Source of the DNA: Candidatus Lindowbacteria bacterium RIFCSPLOWO2_12_FULL_62_27
GTDB taxonomy: Bacteria > Lindowbacteria > 2-12-FULL-62-27
DNA length: 64,000 bases
Assembly (NCBI GenBank): GCA_001784175.1
Contig: MFPR01000004.1
Span: 186,001 to 250,000, forward strand
Direction: 5' to 3'
Made by a program: the position numbers and the translations under genes. Under the pieces are notes generated by a model. It worked only from the letters and a program-made list of their open reading frames with translations. It did not search any database and was not told where the DNA came from. Shown one piece after another: positions 47,355-57,438 of this stretch (the first letter of the stretch is position 1; every line of letters starts with the position of its first letter).

Positions 47355-47644
47355 AAAGGGCAAGCATACGGGAGCTCAAACAGAAATTGAGCACGCGATT
47401 TCTGGACAGTCTGAACGGCGATGTCTGCACCATCACCACCCATGGCCGGGTCTGCGGGGTAATCACACAGATGACGGACGGCAGTGACGAACTCCTGGAA
47501 TACCTCCTCGCGCGCGATCAAAAATTTATCGAACTGGTCCGAAAGAGCGATAAGAGCGGCCGGGTATCAAGCGCCGAGATCGAACGCGGGCTGGCCGACC
47601 GCGAGCGCTCCGAGGCGCGAAAAAAACGGCGGCGCGCCGCCTGA
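47351..47644 (+). CDS. Phd/YefM-like antitoxin
   Basis: SIRELK..LS...ITTHGR; GTGA overlap. Confidence 0.75.
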   Translation: MKRASIRELKQKLSTRFLDSLNGDVCTITTHGRVCGVITQMTDGSDELLEYLLARDQKFIELVRKSDKSGRVSSAEIERGLADRERSEARKKRRRAA

Positions 47645-47655
47645 GAAACCAGGAT

Positions 47656-50025
47656 TCAGGAGTTTGAACGCTTGAAGGTGCCATGCAAGAACGCGAGCCC
47701 GTAAAAGGCTCCGGCCAAAATTGTCAGGAATTTGATTCCGAACACCAGCGAGCAGTATTCCGCGATGGCGCCCAGGGTGGCGCCGATCAGGTTGGAACCG
47801 AGCGCGACTCCGATCAGGGCGCGCGGAACGGCTTGCAGTTTCAGCGCGAAGATCAAAGCGGCGAAATAGAACGGCAGGCCCAGGGTGACGGCCGACACGG
47901 CATGGCGCCAGAATCCCTCCAGGTTCAACATCTGGTTCACTTTCAGAAGATAGCCCATGATCAACGCCACGCACAGCAGCACGTAGAGGCGGCTCTCGGG
48001 AAGCGCGCCATGGTGAGACGCGAGGCGGTTCGCGAGCAGGATGACGGCGAGGATCACCGAGAAGACCACCGTGTTTACGAACCAGGTGCTGCCGTAGAGC
48101 AGGGACATCTGGGTGACGGACTTGGTTTCGAGGAGCATGAATCCGGCGCCCAGAAACAGAAAGCCATAGTCGATCTGTTTGATCTGGCCCATTCCCCGGT
48201 AGGCCAGCCACAGGGTCAGGGCGATGAGGACAAACGCCAGGTAGAAAAATACGCCGGGAATGTGCCGGCTCTGCAGATACAAAAAGGGCCAGTTGTCCGT
48301 CGGCACCGTCAGATCGTCCACCGTTCCCTCGATCCGGTCCGACGGCGGCAGGCGGTCCCTGTACTGTTTCACCTGCGGGCCCGCCGCGTACAGCACGCCC
48401 TTTCTCCACACCTGATCCTCCGGGAAACTGGCTCTCAGCATCTGCTCGAACCGGTCGAAGATAAAAGGCGACTGGCCCCAGTAGATGATCACGAGGAGGC
48501 CGTCCGGCCGGAGCCGCGCCTTGGCGGCGCGGATCGCCTCTTTGGTGTAAATGAAATTGTCCAGCCGGATGCTGGACATGCCGCTGAGGAGGGTCTGCGC
48601 GTCGAGCGACGCGAACAGGATGTAATCGTATTGTTTCTGCGTGCTCTGCAGGAAACTTCGGGCATCATCCACGTAAACGGAGACCCGCGGATCGGCGTAC
48701 GGCTGCTGGGGATGGAGTTTCTTTCCCAGTTCGATGATGACGGGATCGATGTCCACGGCGTCGACGCTCCGGGCGCCGCGGTTCAGCGCCACGGCGATGT
48801 CATTGCCGGGCCCGGAGGCGACGATCAGGAGGTCCTGGCCGCGAGGGGAAAAGGTATCGAGGGCCATCAGATTGTGCGCGATCATCCTGTCCCGGCATGA
48901 CCGGTATTCCGGGGAAACCTCCGAAACGAATTCCTGTGATGTGTTCAGCGCGTTGATGTAGTAGATTTCATTGTAGGCGAGCGCATATCCGAACGGGATT
49001 TTCCCGCTCCCCAGTTCCTTGTAATACTTTCCCCCGTAGTCCTCGCCGCAGACCACGTCCAGATACCAGGGGACAGCCTCGATCTTGTAATAAGGACTCC
49101 ATATCGCACCGGCATCGCCCCAGATCACGGACAAGAGCGTGAGGCCGCACACGATCCCTTCCGTCACGAACAGTCTCAGCCGGTGAACCGAAAACGACAC
49201 GGCCAGGTAGATCCCCAGCCCGCAAGCAAACCAGCTCCAGGATGGCAGGGAGAAATGCGACAGCGCTGAAAACAGCCATAGGCCCGACAAACTGCCGGCG
49301 ATGTTGATGCTGTAGGCCCGGAGCGGCGGCAGGGGTTCCATCCATCGCGCGATCACCTGTCCGAACGGCAAAAACAGGATGACCTGGACGGCGATCATGC
49401 CGGTGATGAACACGAAAAACGCGAGCCCCCGCACGGCGAGGTTGCCCGTCGAGGTTTGAAACAGAAACAGAACACTGGAACTTGGAATGTCCAGCCGGCC
49501 CAAGAGCTTCCCCAAGGGAGACACGCCGAGATACGTCACGAGGCCGAAGAGGACGGCAAAATAGGGGAGCAGGGAAATCGACTTGTCCTTCATCAGCATG
49601 CCGGCGCCCAGGCCGAGAAAGGCGCAGATCAGCGTCAGATTTTTGAAATATGTCAGCGCCCGCATTTCCGAGGACAGCCACCGGATCAGCAGGATCTCGA
49701 AATACAGCGCCAGCAGGCTCGCCAGAAACACGCCCCACGCCGGGCTGAAGAGCGGCGCGGGCCGGTCCGAATCCGCCAAGAGGTCCGGGAACCGCCGCAA
49801 AAGACCGGCCAACACCAGCGCCACGACTCCGAGGATGAGCGTGGGCCAGGCCATGCGGGAGAGATAGTACGGAAAGAGCGCCACACGATGGCCGGGGGGC
49901 GAGGACGAAAACAGCCGGTACACCGCGTCCACGGGCGCCGGGTGCAGGCTCCAGAAGGCGAACAGGATGAGACTAGACACGGCCAGCCCCAAGAGCAGCG
50001 CAGACATGGTCCTCTGCAGGTTCAT
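47656..50025 (-). CDS. Polytopic membrane protein with a spermidine synthase-like SAM-binding domain
   Basis: LYFEILLIRW, WSPYYKI, SGPGND, VDIDP, DDARSFL, TDNWPFLYL. Confidence 0.8.
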   Translation of the reverse strand: MNLQRTMSALLLGLAVSSLILFAFWSLHPAPVDAVYRLFSSSPPGHRVALFPYYLSRMAWPTLILGVVALVLAGLLRRFPDLLADSDRPAPLFSPAWGVFLASLLALYFEILLIRWLSSEMRALTYFKNLTLICAFLGLGAGMLMKDKSISLLPYFAVLFGLVTYLGVSPLGKLLGRLDIPSSSVLFLFQTSTGNLAVRGLAFFVFITGMIAVQVILFLPFGQVIARWMEPLPPLRAYSINIAGSLSGLWLFSALSHFSLPSWSWFACGLGIYLAVSFSVHRLRLFVTEGIVCGLTLLSVIWGDAGAIWSPYYKIEAVPWYLDVVCGEDYGGKYYKELGSGKIPFGYALAYNEIYYINALNTSQEFVSEVSPEYRSCRDRMIAHNLMALDTFSPRGQDLLIVASGPGNDIAVALNRGARSVDAVDIDPVIIELGKKLHPQQPYADPRVSVYVDDARSFLQSTQKQYDYILFASLDAQTLLSGMSSIRLDNFIYTKEAIRAAKARLRPDGLLVIIYWGQSPFIFDRFEQMLRASFPEDQVWRKGVLYAAGPQVKQYRDRLPPSDRIEGTVDDLTVPTDNWPFLYLQSRHIPGVFFYLAFVLIALTLWLAYRGMGQIKQIDYGFLFLGAGFMLLETKSVTQMSLLYGSTWFVNTVVFSVILAVILLANRLASHHGALPESRLYVLLCVALIMGYLLKVNQMLNLEGFWRHAVSAVTLGLPFYFAALIFALKLQAVPRALIGVALGSNLIGATLGAIAEYCSLVFGIKFLTILAGAFYGLAFLHGTFKRSNS

Positions 50026-50292
50026 ACCAATGGCTTTCGTAGCCGAAATTGCGTGTCCTGTCAATCGGCCGTCCGACAATCCCTGTATATAAATTCCCCC
50101 CGGCGCTTGCGCGCCGGGGGGCACCTTTTAATTACGGTGGAGTGGGGGTGAGGTATGTCTCTCCCTTTTCTATTCGGCGTTGAGGGGAAAAACTTTAGTG
50201 GATAAGGCTCAATGTTCAAGTCTCAAGTTTGAATACTTGGAAATTGAGAATTGAGTGTTGAATATTGAGCCTTGAATTGCTAGAGTCGCTGT

Positions 50293-51081
50293 ATGAGCCT
50301 GCTGGTTGGCGAGAGGGTATGGCTGGACGAGGAGGAAGCGCTCCGGGAGCAGCTCATGCTACTTCGAGAGGAATGCGGAGCGACATCCCTCAAGGTATCG
50401 ACCGAGGACGCCGGGATGGGCTACGACGAGATCCGGACGGTCCACCGGTTGTTCCACGACATTCTTGCGATCCAGGCCAAGATCGGCGGGCCGGAGGCCC
50501 GGCAGGACATGCGGTCCGTGGTCGACATCGGCTGCCGGTCGGTGGTCGGGCCCATGATCGAATCCGGATATTCCCTGCAAAAGTTCATCGAGAGCCTCAA
50601 GGAGGAGTTGGGGGAGAAAGTCTACGGATTTATCGGCAAGCAGATCAACATAGAAACCGAAGTCGCCTGCCGGAACCTTGACGAGATTTTCGCCCGGCCC
50701 GAGATTTCCGAGCTCGACCAGATCACCGTCGGCCGCACCGATCTTTGCCGGTCCCTGGGCCGGGAGCCCAACCATCCCGAGGTCCAGCGGCGGGTGGTGG
50801 ACGTGGTGAACGCGGCCAAATCCCACGGGATCGCGGTATCGGTGGGCGGGCGGATCACGCCGAAGGACGCCGTGCATCTCATGGAGAGGTGCGCGCCCAC
50901 GCTTCTGAACACCCGCGAAGTGGGGTTTGATCCCGCCGCCTGCGGGGATCCGGAAGAGGCGGTGCGGCGGATCGTGGATTTCGAGATCGCCGTCCTCGAG
51001 CATCAAAAACTTTTCGGCCGCCGCGCCGTCACGGCGCTCCAGAACCGCATCGCGAAACTTCGCGGCCGGAAAAACCGCTAG
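50293..51081 (+). CDS. HpcH/HpaI aldolase / citrate lyase family protein
   Basis: KIGGPEA, PMIES, INIET, VGRTDL. Confidence 0.75.
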   Translation: MSLLVGERVWLDEEEALREQLMLLREECGATSLKVSTEDAGMGYDEIRTVHRLFHDILAIQAKIGGPEARQDMRSVVDIGCRSVVGPMIESGYSLQKFIESLKEELGEKVYGFIGKQINIETEVACRNLDEIFARPEISELDQITVGRTDLCRSLGREPNHPEVQRRVVDVVNAAKSHGIAVSVGGRITPKDAVHLMERCAPTLLNTREVGFDPAACGDPEEAVRRIVDFEIAVLEHQKLFGRRAVTALQNRIAKLRGRKNR

Positions 51082-51092
51082 AGGCGACACGG

Positions 51093-51186
51093 CCCCCTCA
51101 CCCCAACCCTCTCCCCCTGCGGGGGAGAGGGGGATAAAGAGCGTGTCGGGGGAGAGGGGATAAACAGCGTGTCGGGGGAGAGGGGG
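51093..51186. repeat. CCCTCTCCC/GGGAGAGGG palindromic repeat with a tandemly amplified right arm
   Basis: GGGGGAGAGGGG occurs three times at ~27-nt spacing. Confidence 0.8.
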
Positions 51187-51199
51187 CGGAAATAAATAC

Positions 51200-53431
51200 A
51201 TGGACACGCTTCTCATTATAGGCGCCGGCGTCATGCAGGCGCCGGCCATTCGGATCGCCCGCGAGATGGGGCTCAGGACGGTCGTTACCGACTACAATCC
51301 GCACGCGCCCGGCATGACCATGGCCGACGTGCCCGTCGTCATGAGCACCCGCGACGTTCAGGGAACGGTCCGCGTCGCCCGGGACATGCACCGCACCTAT
51401 CCCATCCGCGGGTGCCTGACGGTGGGCACGGACGCGTCGGTGACGGTCGCGGCGGTCTGCGAAGCGCTGGGCCTGCCGGGCATCCGGACGGACGCGGCGG
51501 AACGGGCGACGGACAAGATCAAGATGCGAAGCGCGTTCAAGGCCGCCGGTGTTCCGTCCCCGCGTTTTTGCGGTATCTGGACGATGGCGGAAGCGGAGGA
51601 GGCGTTGAAGGACATCGGCCTCCCGGCGGTCATCAAGCCGGCGGACAACATGGGGGCGCGCGGTGTCAGGACGATTGCGAAGGAGTGGGAACTCGAAGCG
51701 GGATTTCGTGACGCGAAGGCCGCGTCGACCTCGGGGGGCGTGATTCTTGAGGAGTTCATGCCCGGCGACGAGCTGTCGATTGATATGCTTTTGGTTTCTG
51801 GAAAACCGTTCTTCAGCGTCGTCGCGGACCGCCTGATCCGGTATCCACCCTACTTCATCGAAATCGGCCACGTCCTGCCGTCGGCCAAACCGAAGGACCA
51901 GCAGGACGCGGCGGTGGCGCTGACGCTTCAAGGGTGCCGCGCGCTGGGGATCACGATGGGCGCCGCCAAATCGGACATCAAGCTCACGCCGAGCGGTCCC
52001 ATGATCGGCGAGCTGGCCGCGCGGCTGTCCGGCGGGTTCATGTCGGGATACACGTGCCCGCTGGCCACCGGCGTCGAGATCATCCGGTCGGCCATCGAAA
52101 TCTCTCTCGGCCGCGCGCCCACGCCGCTTCGGCCCACCAATCACCGGGTCGCGATGGAACGCGCGCTGATTCCGAATCCGGGCCGGGTCCAATCGGTGAC
52201 CGGCGTGGAGGACGCGCGGAAAACGCGCGGCGTGGCGGCGCTGTTTGTGGACGTCAAGGAAGGCGACATCATCGTCCCGCCGAAATCGAACATGGACAAG
52301 GCCGGCCACGTGATCGTGGTGTCGGACAGCCGGGATGCGGCGCAGAAACTGGCCGAGGAAGTCATCTCGAAGATCCGGTTTGAAATCGGCGCGCCCGGCG
52401 TTTCCAGTTGGGGGGACGTGCGGGCCTCGGCCCGGGACAAATTCGGGCAGGTATGCGTGGCCTGCAAGGAATGCGACGGCGGTTTTTGCGCCGGCCAGGT
52501 CCCGGGCGTGGGCGGGGTTGGAACGGGGGAGACCTTCAAGGAGAATTTCCGCGCCTGGCGCCGGATTCTTCTGCGGCTTCGGACCATCCATTCCGTCAAG
52601 GAAGTCGAAACGTCGATGGACCTGTTCGGCCGGAGTTTGAGGCACCCGATTCTGGCGGCGCCGATGACCGGCACCGGCACGAACATGGGAGGGATTCTGA
52701 CCGAGGAGGAATTCACCGACCATTTCATCCGCGGCATGGCCGACACCGGAGGGATCCCGATGGTGGGCGACGGCGCGTCGATCAACAAATACCAGATCAT
52801 CCTCGACGTCGCCGCGAGGTACGACGGCTGGGCCATCCCCATCTTCAAACCGCGCGCGGACGAGGAGGAGTTGCGCCGCCGGTTTGACCTCGCGCGGGAA
52901 GTCGGCTGTCCGGCGATCGGGATGGACATCGACGCCGCGAATTTCATCACGATGCAGAAAAAGGGCGTGGCCGTCGAGGCCAAGACCCCCGCCCAGCTCA
53001 GAGACTACATCGGATACTCCGGAAAGCCATTTATCCTCAAAGGCATCATGACGCCGGACCAGGCGGAACTGGCGGCCGACGTGGGCGCGGCGGCCATCGT
53101 GGTCTCAAACCACGGCGGCCGCGTCCTAGATTTCATGCCGTCGACCGCCTCCGTTCTGCCCGAGATCGCGATCGCCGTGAAGGGCCGCCTGACGGTGTTT
53201 GTGGACGGCGGGATCCGGACGGGCGACGACGTATTGAAGGCGCTGGCGCTGGGCGCCGACGCCGTCCTGGTCGGCCGGCCGCTCATGATCGCCGCCGTCG
53301 GCGCGAAGGCCGAGGGCGTAAGCATGTACGTGCGGAGGATGGAGAAGGAACTGCGCAAGGCGATGCTGCTGACGGGCTGCGGCCGGCTGTCGGACGCGTC
53401 GGAGACGATTCTTCAGAAGCCTATCCCTTAA
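51200..53431 (+). CDS. ATP-grasp + FMN-dependent alpha-hydroxy acid dehydrogenase fusion
   Basis: N-terminal DK..MR, IKP.D..GARGV, EEF, ELAARL; C-terminal CVACKECDG, LKGI, SNHGGR, DGGIR.G.D. Confidence 0.85.
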   Translation: MDTLLIIGAGVMQAPAIRIAREMGLRTVVTDYNPHAPGMTMADVPVVMSTRDVQGTVRVARDMHRTYPIRGCLTVGTDASVTVAAVCEALGLPGIRTDAAERATDKIKMRSAFKAAGVPSPRFCGIWTMAEAEEALKDIGLPAVIKPADNMGARGVRTIAKEWELEAGFRDAKAASTSGGVILEEFMPGDELSIDMLLVSGKPFFSVVADRLIRYPPYFIEIGHVLPSAKPKDQQDAAVALTLQGCRALGITMGAAKSDIKLTPSGPMIGELAARLSGGFMSGYTCPLATGVEIIRSAIEISLGRAPTPLRPTNHRVAMERALIPNPGRVQSVTGVEDARKTRGVAALFVDVKEGDIIVPPKSNMDKAGHVIVVSDSRDAAQKLAEEVISKIRFEIGAPGVSSWGDVRASARDKFGQVCVACKECDGGFCAGQVPGVGGVGTGETFKENFRAWRRILLRLRTIHSVKEVETSMDLFGRSLRHPILAAPMTGTGTNMGGILTEEEFTDHFIRGMADTGGIPMVGDGASINKYQIILDVAARYDGWAIPIFKPRADEEELRRRFDLAREVGCPAIGMDIDAANFITMQKKGVAVEAKTPAQLRDYIGYSGKPFILKGIMTPDQAELAADVGAAAIVVSNHGGRVLDFMPSTASVLPEIAIAVKGRLTVFVDGGIRTGDDVLKALALGADAVLVGRPLMIAAVGAKAEGVSMYVRRMEKELRKAMLLTGCGRLSDASETILQKPIP

Positions 53432-54047
53432 AATTCAGAAAATCCTCCATCGACCGGCACCGGATCGCCCGGTTATGTTTTTTCTCGTACTCGAGCGCCG
53501 TCGTGTCGTGCGCGCCGTATTTGTGTCCTGAGCAAACGATGAGGGAATCGGGCAGCGCCCGGATTTTCTGAAGGGACGCGAACATCTCCCTGGGACCGTC
53601 GGCGTAAAAATCGACCCGGCCGCAGTCTTCGCCCGCAAACAGCGTGTCTCCGAAAAACGCGTATTCATCGCCCGCCACGTACGTGACGCTTCCCGGCGTA
53701 TGGCCCGGCGTGTGCATGCACCGGACAGTGATGTCACCCACCGTGAGCGACGCCCCATCCGCCACGCGGACCGTGCGATCGTGCGGGGCGGGGATGCGTT
53801 CGCGTTCGTGGCAAACCGCGCGGGCCTCGGGAAAGCGCTCGAGAAACTCCGGCACCCCATTGACGTGATCGTCGTGCCCGTGGGTGCAGAGCAAATACCG
53901 GAGCGCGCCGCCGGTTTCGCGTAGCGCCGCGAGAATCTTTTCCGGCTCCCACGCCGGATCGACCACCGCCGCCTCGCCGGTCCGGCCGCAGACGACGAGA
54001 TAAGCGCGATTGCGCATCGGTCCCACGGCGATTTGTTTGAAGGTCAT
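53421..54047 (-). CDS. MBL-fold hydrolase (glyoxalase II-like)
   Basis: THGHDDH, TPGHTPGS, GDTLF, GH. Confidence 0.9.
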   Translation of the reverse strand: MTFKQIAVGPMRNRAYLVVCGRTGEAAVVDPAWEPEKILAALRETGGALRYLLCTHGHDDHVNGVPEFLERFPEARAVCHERERIPAPHDRTVRVADGASLTVGDITVRCMHTPGHTPGSVTYVAGDEYAFFGDTLFAGEDCGRVDFYADGPREMFASLQKIRALPDSLIVCSGHKYGAHDTTALEYEKKHNRAIRCRSMEDFLNFKG

Positions 54048-54087
54048 GCTTCAACGCTAACACGCGGAGTGCTAATGTGACAGTCTC

Positions 54088-55410
54088 ATGAATGACCTGT
54101 TCGAGAAACTGCTGGACGAGACAGAGCGCCGCGCGCGGCGGATCGAGGCGGTCCGCGGCCCGGCGCCGGGGAGCGAGGGGGCGCTGAACGACCCGCTGGA
54201 CGCGATTACCGCCCTGCGCGGGCGGCCGCTCTTTTATCCGTTCATCGGGTCCGGCGCCGGGCGCGGCGCGCTGGTGGAACTGCTGGACGGCAGCGTCAAG
54301 TGGGATTTCATCACGGGGATCGGAACGAATTTTTTCGGCCATGCCGACCGGCAGATTCTGCGGACCTGCCTGAACGCGGCGCTTTCCGACATCCCGATCC
54401 AGGGGCACCTAGAGCCGAACGCGGAGTACGCCGAATTTTTGTCCGCCGTGTCCCGGATCGCTCCCGGCCGGTGCAAGCTCGTGTGGCCGTCGATGAGCGG
54501 GACCCTGGCGAACGAAAACGCGCTGAAGATCATTCGCGCCAAAAAGCGGCCGGCCTTTCGCGTCCTCGCCTTTGATGGCGCCTTTGCCGGCCGGTCCACG
54601 ACGCTGTCCGAAATCACGGACAGCGAGTTGAACAAACAGGGCCAGGCCGATCTTGGCCAGGCGCTCCGCATTCCCTTCCATGATCCTCGGGACCCGCGGT
54701 CGGCCGAGAGGACGCTGGAGGCGATGGACCGGCATTTCGAGAAATTCCCCGGAGAAATCTGCGCGATCCATGTGGAGCTGGTCCAAGGCGAGGCCGGGTT
54801 CAGGCCGGCGCCGGCGGATTTTTTTTCCGCCGTGTTTGACCGGTGCCGCCGGGAGAACGTTGCGGTCTGGGTCGACGAGATCCAGACCTTCGGCCGGACC
54901 GGCGAGTATTTCATGCTCGACCGGCTGGGATTGGCGGAACGCGCGGATGTTGTTACGATAGGGAAGTTGTTGTGCGGGAGCGCGGCGTGTTTCGCCCCGG
55001 AGTTCAACCCGCCCGCCGGGCTGATTTCGGGCACGTACGCGGGCTATACGGCGGGTCTGGCGCTCGGGTGCCTCGTCATCCGGCGCCTGTCGGAGGAAGG
55101 GCATCTTGGAGAAAAAGGAAAGACCCGCGCGCTGGAGCGGGCGGTGACGGAGAAAATGGAGACATGGAAAGAAAATGGCTTGATCACAGATTACACCGCC
55201 CTCGGCGCCATGGCCGCCCTGACGCCGCGCCGGTCCGACCTGGACTCCATCCGCGCGCTCGTCCGGAGGCTGTTCGATCTGGGCCTCTGCGCCTACTACG
55301 CGGGCCACGGACCGTACCGGCTGAGGATGCTGCTGCCCGGCGGCTGCCTGACGCCGTCGGACCTGGCGGCGCCGTTCGACATTCTGGAGCGGGGGTTGGC
55401 GCCGGCATGA
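54088..55410 (+). CDS. Class III PLP aminotransferase (ArgD/AstC-like)
   Basis: SGTLANENALK, ELVQGE, DEIQTFGRTG, TIGK. Confidence 0.85.
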   Translation: MNDLFEKLLDETERRARRIEAVRGPAPGSEGALNDPLDAITALRGRPLFYPFIGSGAGRGALVELLDGSVKWDFITGIGTNFFGHADRQILRTCLNAALSDIPIQGHLEPNAEYAEFLSAVSRIAPGRCKLVWPSMSGTLANENALKIIRAKKRPAFRVLAFDGAFAGRSTTLSEITDSELNKQGQADLGQALRIPFHDPRDPRSAERTLEAMDRHFEKFPGEICAIHVELVQGEAGFRPAPADFFSAVFDRCRRENVAVWVDEIQTFGRTGEYFMLDRLGLAERADVVTIGKLLCGSAACFAPEFNPPAGLISGTYAGYTAGLALGCLVIRRLSEEGHLGEKGKTRALERAVTEKMETWKENGLITDYTALGAMAALTPRRSDLDSIRALVRRLFDLGLCAYYAGHGPYRLRMLLPGGCLTPSDLAAPFDILERGLAPA

Positions 55411-56723
55411 GCGGTTTTGATTTCTGGGAGGCGTGCCGTGCGGCCATCGCGATCGACTCGACGTCGACGCACGGCAACCGCGAGTATGTTGAGTTTTTGA
55501 AGAAACTTCTGGCGCCGATGGACTTTTCCGTGCGGACCCAGGAAATTCACGAGGGCGAATACAGAGGCGTCAACCTCATAGCCGAAAAAGGCGGGGGCCC
55601 GGACGTGATCCTCTTCGATACGCATCTGGACACGGTCTCGCCCGGCAACGCGGCCTTGTGGACAGAAACCGGCGGCGATCCGTTTCGGGCGACGTTCAAG
55701 AACGGGAAAATATTCGGTCTCGGCGTGGCGGACGTCAAACTGGATTTTCTGTGCAAGTTGAAAGCGCTGGAGCCGTTCATCGGCCGGCGGTTTCGAAACC
55801 GCTTCATTCTTCTTGGCACGTTCGGCGAGGAAGTCGGCCTGATCGGCGCGAAGGCGTTCCTCGACGACTATCACGGCCAGCTCGATTTTGCCCTGATCGG
55901 CGAACCGACCAGCCTTAAACTGGTCAACCGCCACAAGGGCCGCGCCTGTTACGAATTTCGCCTGCCGGCCGCGCCCGCCGCGCCGGCGGGGGAGCTTGTG
56001 ACACTGGACGTCAAGGGCGAAGCCGCGCACTCGAGCACGCCGGAACGGGGCCGGAACGCGATCGAGGCGGCTCTTGAATTTCTATCGGCCCTGTCAGACC
56101 CGCCGACCGGTGTTTGCCTGGAAGGCGGCACCCTCCTGAACGTCGTTCCGGAATCCTGCGCCGTGACGATGCCGGCTTCGGAGCGCGCGCTTGCAGGCGT
56201 GCGGCCTGCGCGGGACCGCCCGCCGCTTCTTGATCCGGCGCCGCTTCTTTCATTCTGGGACGCCATCCGGTCGATCCAGCGGTCTCTTCCGAAAGACACC
56301 ACCTGGGTCTGCGCGACCGTGCGGACGGAGTCCGACGCTTACGTGTTCGAATTTGACAGCCGGTTCTGGGAGGATTCCGAATCGGTCAGTGACGAGATGC
56401 TGACCCATTTGAAGCCGGCCGCTTGCCGGATATTGAGGAAAAACGCGTCGTTTTACGAGACCAGCGACGCCTGGCACGTCGAAGGTCTCTGCGGCGCGCT
56501 GTCGGACATCGGCCTGAAAGCCGAATTCACCGCCAAGACCGCATCGACCGAGGCTGCGCTCTTCGGCCAGCGCTGCACCTCCCTGGTTTTCGGTCCCGGC
56601 CCCTCGGAGGGCAATGTCCATCGGCCGAACGAATACAATCTTGTTTCCGAGCTTGAGACGGCGATCCGCGCTTACGAATCGATCCTGCGCCGTCTGGTGG
56701 CGGTGCCCGATGTTCAAGGTTAA
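55407..56723 (+). CDS. M20 family metallopeptidase (ArgE/DapE-like)
   Basis: HLDTV, GVADVK, GEE, GEPT, AHSS, H.PNE. Confidence 0.85.
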   Translation: MSGFDFWEACRAAIAIDSTSTHGNREYVEFLKKLLAPMDFSVRTQEIHEGEYRGVNLIAEKGGGPDVILFDTHLDTVSPGNAALWTETGGDPFRATFKNGKIFGLGVADVKLDFLCKLKALEPFIGRRFRNRFILLGTFGEEVGLIGAKAFLDDYHGQLDFALIGEPTSLKLVNRHKGRACYEFRLPAAPAAPAGELVTLDVKGEAAHSSTPERGRNAIEAALEFLSALSDPPTGVCLEGGTLLNVVPESCAVTMPASERALAGVRPARDRPPLLDPAPLLSFWDAIRSIQRSLPKDTTWVCATVRTESDAYVFEFDSRFWEDSESVSDEMLTHLKPAACRILRKNASFYETSDAWHVEGLCGALSDIGLKAEFTAKTASTEAALFGQRCTSLVFGPGPSEGNVHRPNEYNLVSELETAIRAYESILRRLVAVPDVQG

Positions 56724-57438
56724 TATTTTTTCTCCACAGCTCGGCCATCTCGTTCATGTCGAAGTCGCGTTTCCGCCCGGATACCGCGGGCTGCGCGGCC
56801 CGTTTCCGGCGCTCGTCCTCAATGACGCGCAAAACCAGTGGACGAACCGCGGCGCCTACGGCGGCTGGCACACCGATTCCATCGCCGCCGACCTGTTTCG
56901 CAAGGGCCGCATCCGGCCCATCCTTCTGGTAGGGATCCTTTCGCCTCCGGACCGCGACCACGTCTTCGGGCCGCCGCCGGGCGGCCGGGCCGACCGGTAC
57001 GCGGATTTCATCGCGGAGACGCTGTTGGCGACGCTCCGGCGCAACATGCCGATTTCGCGGAACCCCGCGGACGTCGGGATTCTGGGCGCGTCCTTCGGCT
57101 CGAACGCCGCCCTCTTCGCCGGCCTCCACCGGCCCGACGCCATCGGTCTGGTCGCGGCGATGTCCGGCGCGCCGCATTTCGGAAAGCCGCTGGACGCGAT
57201 CCTGGCGGGATACCGGCAGCTTCCGATGCGGAAACTCTACATCGACTGCGGCACGCGCTGGGCCTATGACCAGCCGCGGCAGGACGACAGCACGGCGTTC
57301 AACCGCGCCCTCATGTCGATCGCGCGCGCGCGGATGCCGCGCGGCCGGTTTCTCGGCATCGTGGCCCGGGGTCATTTCCATAACGAGGAATTCTGGCGAA
57401 AGCGGGTCGGCCGGGTTCTCAGGTTTTTGTATGGATGA
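56710..57438 (+). CDS. Alpha/beta hydrolase (putative esterase)
   Basis: NDAQN, GASFG nucleophile elbow, YIDCG, HNE..W. Confidence 0.8.
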   Translation: MFKVNIFSPQLGHLVHVEVAFPPGYRGLRGPFPALVLNDAQNQWTNRGAYGGWHTDSIAADLFRKGRIRPILLVGILSPPDRDHVFGPPPGGRADRYADFIAETLLATLRRNMPISRNPADVGILGASFGSNAALFAGLHRPDAIGLVAAMSGAPHFGKPLDAILAGYRQLPMRKLYIDCGTRWAYDQPRQDDSTAFNRALMSIARARMPRGRFLGIVARGHFHNEEFWRKRVGRVLRFLYG

